NCBI GenBank assembly: GCA_963805975.1 | Contig: CAWDVR010000004.1 | Span: 288,001 to 352,000 of the forward strand | Length of the DNA: 64,000 bases | Source: an uncultured Acidobacteriota bacterium | GTDB taxonomy: Bacteria; Acidobacteriota; Thermoanaerobaculia; Multivoradales; SZUA-115 | Reading direction: 5' to 3' | Shown here: piece by piece, positions 22,817 through 30,673 of the stretch | How positions within the stretch are numbered: the stretch's first letter is position 1 | How the letters are laid out: every line of letters begins with the position of its first letter | Program-made: the position numbers and the translations under genes | The notes under the pieces: model-generated | Databases searched by the model: none | What the model saw: only the letters and a program-made list of their open reading frames with translations | Told to the model about the DNA's origin: nothing

Positions 22817-24277
22817 GTGACGACTCAGCTCCGCGGCCCGGTCCGCGTGCGTTTCGCGCCGTCGCCCACCGGCTTCCTGCACGTCGGCGGCGCGCGCACC
22901 GCGATCTACAACGACCTCCTGCGCCAGAATCTCGGCGGCTCTTTTACGCTGCGCATCGAGGATACCGACCGCGAGCGCTCCGACGAAGCGATGACCCGCC
23001 AGATCCAGGACGCGCTGGCCTGGATCGGCATCGAGTGGGACGAGGGGCCCTTCCTCCAGAGCGAGCGCCTGCCGCGCCACCGCGAGCGCGGCGAGGAGCT
23101 GCTCGCCGCCGGCAAGGCCTACCGCTGCTTCTGTACGCCGGCCGAGATCGACGCCCAGCGCGCGGCGATCGAAAAGGCCGGCGAGGCCTTTCGCTACCCG
23201 CGCACCTGCCTCGCGCTCGCGCCTGCCGAGATCGAGGCCAAGCTCGCGGCGGGCCTGCCGTTCGCGGTGCGCTTCCGCATGCCGGACGAGCCCATTTGCT
23301 TCCTGGACCTGCTGCGCGGCGACATGGAGTTCCTGCCCGCGGTGCTGGACGATTTCATCCTGCTGCGCTCGGACGGCTCGCCGACCTACCACATGTCCGT
23401 GGTCTGCGACGACATCGACATGGCGATCACCCACGTCATCCGCGGCGAGGACCATCTCTCGAACACCCCCAAGCACGTGCCGCTGTTCGTAGCGCTGGGC
23501 GGCACGGTGCCGCTCTTCGCCCACCTGCCGCTCATCCTGGGACCGGACAGAAAGCGCCTCTCGAAGCGCATCGGCTCGACCTCGGTCGAGGAGTTCCGCC
23601 ACGAGGGCATCCTGCCGCAGGCGCTCTACAACTACCTGGCGCTCCTCGGCTGGTCCCCCGGCGACGACCGCGAGCTGATGACCCGCCAGGAGATGATCGC
23701 GCTCTTCACCGCCGAGCGGCTCAACAAGTCGGCGGCGGTGTTCGACCGCGAGAAGCTGCTGTGGATGAACCAGCAATACATCATGAGTCAGCCGTGGCGG
23801 GAGCTGATGCCGCACCTCGAGCCGTTCCTGGAGGAGGTGGGCCTGGCGGGTGTGGACCGCGAGCGGCTAACGCAGGTGCTCGAGCTCTACCGCGTGCGCG
23901 GCCGTACGCTCCGCGAGCTGGTCGAGCCGCTGCCGCCCTACTTCGCGGCAGCGCTCGCCTACGACCGCGAAGCCTGCGCCAAGTGGCTCGCCGACCCCGC
24001 GCTGCCGGCGCGGCTCGAGGGCTTGGCGGACCGCTGGGCGGTGCTCGAGAGCTTCGACGCCCCTTCGCTCGACGGCGCCCTCCGCGCCGAGACCGAACGG
24101 CTGGGCGTCAAGGCCGCCGTGCTCATCCACCCGGTGCGCATGGCGCTGACCACCGCGACCGGAGGCCCTTCGCTCTTCGATCTCGTGGCCGTGACCGGCC
24201 GCGAGGCGACCGCCCGCCACCTCGCGCAGTTCGTCACCTTTCTGCGCGAGAACGCCGTAGCCCCGGCTGCGGGTTGA
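22817..24277 (+). CDS. gltX: Glutamyl-tRNA synthetase
   Basis: RVRFAPSPTGFLHVGG, LRIEDTD, THVIRGEDH, KRLSKR, helical anticodon-binding domain. Confidence 0.96.
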   Translation: MTTQLRGPVRVRFAPSPTGFLHVGGARTAIYNDLLRQNLGGSFTLRIEDTDRERSDEAMTRQIQDALAWIGIEWDEGPFLQSERLPRHRERGEELLAAGKAYRCFCTPAEIDAQRAAIEKAGEAFRYPRTCLALAPAEIEAKLAAGLPFAVRFRMPDEPICFLDLLRGDMEFLPAVLDDFILLRSDGSPTYHMSVVCDDIDMAITHVIRGEDHLSNTPKHVPLFVALGGTVPLFAHLPLILGPDRKRLSKRIGSTSVEEFRHEGILPQALYNYLALLGWSPGDDRELMTRQEMIALFTAERLNKSAAVFDREKLLWMNQQYIMSQPWRELMPHLEPFLEEVGLAGVDRERLTQVLELYRVRGRTLRELVEPLPPYFAAALAYDREACAKWLADPALPARLEGLADRWAVLESFDAPSLDGALRAETERLGVKAAVLIHPVRMALTTATGGPSLFDLVAVTGREATARHLAQFVTFLRENAVAPAAG

Positions 24278-24303
24278 CGCGCCGCCGGGGCATTCAGTAA
24301 CCT
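24274..24303 (+). promoter_or_regulatory. Candidate promoter of tRNA-Gln
   Basis: TTGACG-18-TAACCT, with the -35 overlapping the gltX stop. Confidence 0.55.
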
Positions 24304-24314
24304 CCACCCCTTGC

Positions 24315-24388
24315 TGGGACGTCGTCTAATGGCAAGACATGCGGCTCTGGACCGCAGAATCGGGGTTCGAGTCCCTGCGTCCCAACCA
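24315..24388 (+). tRNA. tRNA-Gln (anticodon CUG)
   Basis: TGGGACG/CGTCCCA acceptor stem (U1-A72), anticodon arm TGCGG-CTCTGGA-CCGCA, GGTTCGAGTCC, CCA end. Confidence 0.96.
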
Positions 24389-24607
24389 TCCCAGAGCTCC
24401 TGCCTGTAGCTCCCTCGACCTGTAGCGTTTCGCGGCGATCCTCTGCGAAGGCGGCGCGCGAATGCCTTCTCATGACGGCACGCCGCCCAGGGGCAGCACG
24501 CGGCCCGTGCCCCTACATCTGTAGGTTTCTCTTGGCCAGAAAGTCTCTCGAGGTTCGACCGATGGGCCGCAAAAAAGGGGCGGGCTTCGGGGTCCGGCTG
24601 CCGGGAG

Positions 24608-24877
24608 CTAGCGGCCGCGGGGGCCGCGTTCCTGGCGGGGCCGAGCCTCGTTGACCTTGAGCGTGCGGCCGCCCATGGGCGTGTCGTTCAGGGCGTCGAC
24701 CGCGGCGTCGGCCGCGGCATCGTCCATCTCGACGAACCCAAAGCCGCGCGGCTGACCGGTCTCGCGGTCGCTGATGAGGTTGACCGACTGCACGGCGCCG
24801 TACTCCTCGAACATCTGGCGCACCTCATCCTCGTTGGTTTTGAAAGGCAGGTTTCCGACGTAGATCCTCTTGGCCAT
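24608..24877 (-). CDS. RRM-domain RNA-binding protein
   Basis: RNP2 IYVGNL, RNP1 RGFGFVEM, LKVNEARPR. Confidence 0.93.
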   Translation of the reverse strand: MAKRIYVGNLPFKTNEDEVRQMFEEYGAVQSVNLISDRETGQPRGFGFVEMDDAAADAAVDALNDTPMGGRTLKVNEARPRQERGPRGR

Positions 24878-25031
24878 ACTCTCGAGCTCCGCACCGCCCC
24901 TGAGGGCGCAACGTCAATCGACTCGCCGGCCGACAGCGGCCAGCCGCTTCGCAAACCCTATTGACAACCACTGACCTGTCAGGCCATGCAATATTGGTCG
25001 GAGAATAGCACAGGCCCCGGCGCGGACACTT

Positions 25032-26297
25032 TCAGGGACCGCAGGACGCCTGCCCGAGGAGCTTCTCGAGCGCGCGGCAGGCATCGACGATCTGGCCGCC
25101 GGCGTCCTGCCGGGCCTCGCCGTGGGTCCCCGCCGGCGCCGGGGCGGTCGCTTGCGCGGTGTCGCGGATCAAGGCCGCCACCTGGGCCGGCGTCAGGCCG
25201 GGCCGCCTTTCGAGCAACAGGGCGACGACACCCGAGACCTGCGCCGCGGCCATCGAGCTGCCGGTGAAAAAGTCGTAGGTGCCGCGTGGCATGGTGGTCA
25301 GGATGTCGACGCCCGGTGCGGCAAGGGCCTCGGCCGCGCCCGGCGTGGCGCGCAGGCTGCCGGACGGGCCGGACGAGCGCACCGCGATCACGCCGGGCAG
25401 GGAGGCCGGGAAGTCCTCACCGCCGGCGTCCGGGCTCGACGCCACCACCGCGACCCCCTGGTCCAGCGCCTTGGCGAGCAAGCGCGCAAGGAGCGGGTCC
25501 CGGGGGCCCGCGAGGCTCAGGTTGAGCACCTGCGCGCCCTCGCGCACGGCGAAGTCCACGGCCTGGGCCAGGGTGTAGCTGTTGCAGACCGCCTGGCGCG
25601 AGCCCGGAGGGTCCGGCCAGCAGGCCTTGAGCGCCAGCAGCTCGGCGTCGGGGGCCACGCCGACGATCCCCTGGCCGTTGTTGGCGTCGGCGGCGATCAC
25701 TCCGGCCACGGCCGTGCCGTGCACGTCGCCGGTGAATGCGCGCTCTCCCCAGGAGAGAAAGCTGCTGGCGCGCACCACCTTGCCGGCGAGGTCCGGGTGC
25801 GAGAGGTCGAGCCCGGTGTCGATGACCGCGATCTTCACTCCCTTGCCGGTCGCGAGCGCGTGCGCCTTGTCGAGCCGCAGCGAGGCCAGGCCGTACTGCA
25901 GCCGTGCGTAGGGATCGTTGTACCAGGCGGCCATGGAGTGGAAGACGTGGACCGGCTGCGCCAGCTCCACGCGGCGGTCGGACCGCAGCCGCTCCAAGAG
26001 CTCCGTGGTGCTGCGATCCCCGCGGTGCTCGTAGATGATGCAGTTCTCGCCCAGGCTGGGAAGCGGCCAGAAAAATACGGGCTTCAGGCCGTAGACGTCG
26101 GCCAGGTCCTGCATCACCCGCGACCACAGGCGCTCGGGGCCTGGGGGGAGGATCACCATCACCTGGCGCGAGAAGTCCGGTGCGACGTCCGGCGCCGAGG
26201 CGCTCGCGTCGGCGCTCGCGGGAGTGGCCGGCCGGATCGCGGAGCCGCACCCGAGCGCCAGGAGAGCCGCGACCCACGGGAGGAGCCTGCGGAGCAT
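25032..26297 (-). CDS. S8 subtilisin-like serine peptidase, probable lipoprotein
   Basis: Lipobox-like LALGC, and a catalytic triad in AVIDTG, HGTAVAG and GSSMAA. Confidence 0.92.
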   Translation of the reverse strand: MLRRLLPWVAALLALGCGSAIRPATPASADASASAPDVAPDFSRQVMVILPPGPERLWSRVMQDLADVYGLKPVFFWPLPSLGENCIIYEHRGDRSTTELLERLRSDRRVELAQPVHVFHSMAAWYNDPYARLQYGLASLRLDKAHALATGKGVKIAVIDTGLDLSHPDLAGKVVRASSFLSWGERAFTGDVHGTAVAGVIAADANNGQGIVGVAPDAELLALKACWPDPPGSRQAVCNSYTLAQAVDFAVREGAQVLNLSLAGPRDPLLARLLAKALDQGVAVVASSPDAGGEDFPASLPGVIAVRSSGPSGSLRATPGAAEALAAPGVDILTTMPRGTYDFFTGSSMAAAQVSGVVALLLERRPGLTPAQVAALIRDTAQATAPAPAGTHGEARQDAGGQIVDACRALEKLLGQASCGP

Positions 26298-26299
26298 CG

Positions 26300-27043
26300 C
26301 TACGGCTTCCCGACCGGCGATTCTGTGCCCGGCAGCATGGGGGCTACCGCCTCCACGAACCGCACGGCGTCCTGCACCCGCAGGTGGGCGAGCACCACCG
26401 GCAGCGGCTCGCGGTCGGCGCCCGCGGGCAGCGCGAGAGTGTAGACCCCGAGCGGCGAGGGCCCGGCCACGATCTCCGCCTCGAGCGGCAGCAGCAGATC
26501 GCGGATCTCGCCCTCGGTGGCGTCCTCGCGAAAGACGATCCGCAGCTCCGGGCCGGTGGCGGCGGGAGCCACGGCATCCGCCAGCGTGTGGAAGCTCTGG
26601 GAAGAGGGTGCCGGACGGTCCCGCCCGAGGAGGACGCCGGCCCCGAGGAGCAGGGCGAGCTGTGCCGCGAGCGCCCAGCGCACCGCCGCCGGTGTGCCAC
26701 CGAGAGTGCCGCGGAGCCAGCGCTCGAGGCCCCAGCCGCCGCTCTCGGTCTCTTCGGCCGCGTCGATGCGTGCCAGCAGGCGGGCGAGCTCCACGGGATG
26801 CGGCGCCGGCGCCATGATCTCGCTCGCGCGCACCGCGGTGGCGAGCGCGCCGCAGTCCTCCGCCTCGGCGCGGCATTCTTCGCAGTGGGCGAGATGGTCT
26901 TCCACCCAGGCCTGCTCGGCCTCGTCGAGCGTGCCGTTGGCGTACCAGGGAAGCAGGGGCTGCACCTCCTCGTGACTGGCCCTGCCGCCGGAATGGGCGC
27001 TGCCGGAATTGGGGCCGCCGAAATGGCCTCCGCTCTTGCTCAT
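26300..27043 (-). CDS. zf-HC2 anti-sigma factor
   Basis: LLPWYANGTL...VEDHLAHCEEC (HxxxCxxC), one TM helix, C-terminal domain. Confidence 0.88.
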   Translation of the reverse strand: MSKSGGHFGGPNSGSAHSGGRASHEEVQPLLPWYANGTLDEAEQAWVEDHLAHCEECRAEAEDCGALATAVRASEIMAPAPHPVELARLLARIDAAEETESGGWGLERWLRGTLGGTPAAVRWALAAQLALLLGAGVLLGRDRPAPSSQSFHTLADAVAPAATGPELRIVFREDATEGEIRDLLLPLEAEIVAGPSPLGVYTLALPAGADREPLPVVLAHLRVQDAVRFVEAVAPMLPGTESPVGKP

Positions 27044-27603
27044 CGAGCCTCCCTGCCGAAAGCCAGCCCCGATTGCGGCAGCGCGTCCCGCAGACGCCGT
27101 CGGGCATGGAACATCCTCGTCTTCACGGTGTTGACCGGACAGTCCACGATCTCGGCGATCTCGCGGTAGGAGTAGCCGAAGTAGTAGGTGAGCTCGACGA
27201 CCGCCCGCTGGTCCGGGGGAAGCCGGGCCAGGGCGCGGCCCAGGACCGTCGCCTCCTCCCGCCGCGCGAGCAGCCGGTCCGGCCCCTCGACCTGCCGCTC
27301 GAAGGGCCGCGCCACCGGCTCTCCCACCGGCTCCTTGCGGCGCGAAAGTGCCTTGAGCGCCTTGCGGTAGGCGATCCCCAGGATCCAGGTCGAAGGCCGG
27401 GAGATGCCGTCGAAGCGGGCGGCGCTCTGCCAGACCACCATCATCACGTCGTTGACCAGCTCCTCGATCAGATCGGCCCGCCGGGTGACCTTGAAGAGAT
27501 AGACGAAGAGGCGGCGGTGATACCGGTGGTAGAGCGTCTCGAAAGCACGCCGGTCCTTGGCCGCGATGCGGGCCAGCAGGCTCTGCTCGTCGTCGCCTGG
27601 CAT
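27040..27603 (-). CDS. ECF RNA polymerase sigma factor
   Basis: AFETLY, region 2 VWQSAARF..PSTWILGIA, region 4 YSYREIAEIVDCPVNTVKTRMFHAR. Confidence 0.93.
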   Translation of the reverse strand: MPGDDEQSLLARIAAKDRRAFETLYHRYHRRLFVYLFKVTRRADLIEELVNDVMMVVWQSAARFDGISRPSTWILGIAYRKALKALSRRKEPVGEPVARPFERQVEGPDRLLARREEATVLGRALARLPPDQRAVVELTYYFGYSYREIAEIVDCPVNTVKTRMFHARRRLRDALPQSGLAFGREAR

Positions 27604-27780
27604 TCCTGCCCCTTTCGTCGGGGGCCTCCTTCGAGGCGGCGGCTCGAGGCTACCACCCCCTCCCGGGCTCTCGGCCGCGGGTCTCTGAGGGGGTGAATGC
27701 CCGGTGCCGCGGAATCGGTTCAAAGATCCGTCGAGAGAACCTTTCTCCCGCGCCAGGGAACTCAAGTGCCGAGACCTCCC

Positions 27781-28719
27781 ATGGCGAAACCTATGACCAC
27801 GAACCGTCTTTCCCGCCTTCTCCTGGCGCTCCTGTGCCTGCTGCCGGTCGAGACCGATGCGCAGTCGGTGATCGACTTCCGCGAAGAGCTCGACTTCGAC
27901 CGTCCCGAGGCGTGGGCGCTCAAGTACTTCTCGGGGGCGACCCTGTTCACCGGCCTCGGCGTCCCGGAGCGGCGGCAGGCCGGTTCGGTCGAGCTCGGCC
28001 TCGAGGCGGGCTGGGTCCCCAGCCTGTCCGAGGAGGAGCGCCGGGTGGGCTTCAACGGCACCAAGGTCGAGGACCTGAACAAGACCCCGGTCTTCGCCCG
28101 GCCGCGGCTCACGGTGGGGCTGCCCGCCGCGTTCTCGCTCACCCTGGGCTACGTGCCGCCGGTCGAGGTCGGCGGCGCCAGGCCCAACCTCGTCTCGCTG
28201 GCGCTCGGCCGCCCGCTGATCGAGCGCCAACGAAAAGGCAGCAGGGCTTGGCGGCTGGGCGCCCGGGTCTTCGGCCAGACCGGCGAGATCGAGGCCGACA
28301 TCACCTGCGACCGCGGCGCGGTCGAGGCGGGTGACGACCCGGTCGGGAACCCCTTCCAGTGCGAGGAGCCGTCGCGTGACCGGGTGAAGCTCCGCTACCT
28401 GGGCTTCGATCTCGGCGGCTCGTTCGAGGCGGGAGCGGCGGGCAGGCTCGAGCCCTACGGGTCGGTGATGGTCTCTTTCCTCGACCCGGAGATGCAGATC
28501 GACGCGCGCTACAGCGGCCTCGTCGACCGTACCCTGCAGGTCACGGACGGCACGATCTACGCGCTGACCGCCGGCGCTCGGTACGCCGTCTCGGAGAAGG
28601 CCGGCTTGGTGGCGGAAGCCTTCTACTCGCCGCTCACCATCGTGCGGCGAGCGGGCGAGGAGAAGGCGAACCAGGACCTGTTCAACGTCCGGGTGCTGGT
28701 GAGCTACCGCCTGCGATGA
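27781..28719 (+). CDS. Exported hypothetical protein, probable outer-membrane beta-barrel
   Basis: Signal peptide, alternating hydrophobic beta-strand pattern, terminal strand NVRVLVSYRLR. The start could instead be 27793. Confidence 0.65.
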   Translation: MAKPMTTNRLSRLLLALLCLLPVETDAQSVIDFREELDFDRPEAWALKYFSGATLFTGLGVPERRQAGSVELGLEAGWVPSLSEEERRVGFNGTKVEDLNKTPVFARPRLTVGLPAAFSLTLGYVPPVEVGGARPNLVSLALGRPLIERQRKGSRAWRLGARVFGQTGEIEADITCDRGAVEAGDDPVGNPFQCEEPSRDRVKLRYLGFDLGGSFEAGAAGRLEPYGSVMVSFLDPEMQIDARYSGLVDRTLQVTDGTIYALTAGARYAVSEKAGLVAEAFYSPLTIVRRAGEEKANQDLFNVRVLVSYRLR

Positions 28720-28726
28720 GGAAAGG

Positions 28727-28749
28727 GGCCGGGCGCAGGGCGCCCGGCC
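28727..28749. terminator. GC-rich hairpin between convergent genes
   Basis: GGCCGGGCGC-AGG-GCGCCCGGCC. Confidence 0.5.
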
Positions 28750-28771
28750 GGGGTTGCAGGAGCCGAGAGGG

Positions 28772-30196
28772 TTACGGAATGTCCGCCTGGCCGGCGCAGC
28801 TCTGGATCGCGCCCTTCTGGCTGCCGGAGATCATCCCGGCCTTTTTGAGGTCGTTCATGGCGTGGGACACGCAGCTCACGAACTGGCCGTGGTTGCCGGC
28901 CCCGGCCGCGCAACCATCCACCAGGGTGGTGAGCGTGCCGCTGCCCGGCACCGGGAGATTCGGCACGCCGGTGTCGCAACCGTCGATCACGAGATTGGCG
29001 AAGCTCCAGCCCTCGTCGACCAGCAGCCAGGGCGTCAGGTCCACCTGGTGCTTGGTGAGGTCGGCATTGATCGCCGGCTCCATCAGCAGGTTGGGGAAGG
29101 CGACGTTGTCGAAGTGAGAGATCGACGAGTCGGCCTGCACCGGGTTGGTGGCGAAGAGCTGTGCGCGGCCGTTCACGTCGGCACCCGCGTAGCGCGCGTT
29201 GTTGACCCCCAGGCGGGCATTGACGCCCGGCAGGTTGGCCTTGATGGCGTTGCCGTCCGCCAGGGTGAGGCGGGCCGAGGGGATGGTGATCGTGGGATCG
29301 ACGCCCGCCATGCCCGCCGGCGGGCAGCCGGCGACGTTGTCCGCCACCAGCACGGCGCGCGCCCCCGAGGCCTGCGCATTGGCCACCTTGACCGTGAAGC
29401 CGCAGGTGCCGCGATCGACGAGCGCGATGTTGCCGTTGACGGCGGCGGCGTTGGTGAACGGCGAGCAGCCGTCGGTGGTCGCGGGGCCGGCCGGGTTGGA
29501 GGGGTCGATGGCCTGCACCACGTTGCCGGTCACGCCGGGAGAGGTGAGCAGCGGCCCGAACGCCGCCGCGCCCACCCGCCGTGGGCCGGCGATGCCGGCC
29601 GGAGAGTTGACGGTCACCGAGGGCAGCCCCTTGCCGATGATGCGCGGCACGTTGGTGGTGACGTTGGGGCCGACCCAGACCACGTTGTCGCAGTTGAGGG
29701 CCGAGGCCGCGACCTGCGCCGGGGTCTTCTGGTTCCAGTTGAGGCCGGTGGTGTTGTCGCGGGTGAAGGTGGCGTAGATGTCGGTCAGCCCGTCGGGGCC
29801 GGTGCCGCTCGTCTCCGAGATGAAGTTGGCGAAGCCCAGGCCGTGGGCGAACTCGTGCAGCAGCACGTGGACCAGCGAGATGTCCGTGCCGTGGTTGTTG
29901 TCGAAGCCGTAGTACCAGCCGCGGCCGGTGAGGCAGCCGGGGAGGGTGCCGATCGAGCTGTTGAAAAAGGCGACGATGTCGTCGTTGAACGGCGGCTCGA
30001 GGAGACCCGGGTCCGGCGGGCCCGGGGTGAGGTCGAAGCCGGCGAGCTTGTTGGCGAGCGCGGAGTGGTACCAGGTGTCGACGAAGGCGGAGCCCGGGAA
30101 GTTGGCGAAGATCTGAATGGTGCCCGCCTGGCCGAGCACGGCGCCGGTCGCCGTGCAGGTCAGCGGCTGGAACGAGCCCTGGACCACGATCTCAGC
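28772..30196 (-). pseudogene. 5'-truncated PA-domain zinc metallopeptidase
   Basis: HEFAHGLGF zinc motif, PA domain (GNIALVDRGTCGFTVKVANAQ), SISHFD...LLMEP. The frame begins abruptly at EIVVQGSF with no signal peptide or RBS. Confidence 0.7.
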
Positions 30197-30498
30197 ACCG
30201 CGGAGAGCATGCCGTCGCGGTGGCGCACCACCTGTGCCGGGCCCCGACGGCCGAGCTTCTCCACCATGCCCGCGGCCAGCGCCCTGGCCTCCTCGGGAGT
30301 GGGCTGGCGGAGGCGCCCGGTGACCGGGTCGATGGCGACCGTGAGGCCGACGCCGGGGAGCTCGACCTCGACCGGTGCCGGGGCAACGGCTTCTGGAGGA
30401 GTGGCCTTTGGAGGCTCCTCGGCGAGAAGGGGAGCGGCGAGCACGGCTGAGGCTGCGAGCCCCAGCGCCAGCGCCCAGGATGGAGACGGGTTGCGCAT
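30160..30498 (-). pseudogene. 3'-truncated small secreted protein (post-PEP-CTERM-1-like, DPxTGxLRxPTxEE motif)
   Basis: AGGAGG RBS, signal peptide, VAIDPVTGRLRQPTPEEARAL...RHRDGMLSAVL. It then runs out of frame into the PA gene. Confidence 0.6.
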
Positions 30499-30611
30499 GG
30501 ATGGACCTCCTGTCGGGTCAGTGTTTCGGGCTGCGAACATGCTTCCGGCTCAATGTGCGGTAAAGCTGCACAATCGAGACGGCTCTCGCGGTCGGGATGC
30601 TCGAGAGGTCG

Positions 30612-30642
30612 AAAGAAAAACGGCCGAGAGGGGACTCGGCCG
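30612..30642 (-). terminator. Intrinsic terminator downstream of lon
   Basis: CGGCCGAG/CTCGGCCG stem followed on the minus strand by TTTTTCTTT. Confidence 0.75.
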
Positions 30643-30673
30643 TCGGGAGGTCAGGGGAGCGGGGTGAGGCCGA

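Noticed and set aside
24490-24525. CCTACA-TC-TGTAGG palindrome (BlaI/CopY-like box) next to a degenerate GTAG-REP-like hairpin
   Set aside because: It is a single copy between convergent genes with no promoter to control, so it cannot be distinguished from chance or a decayed repeat.
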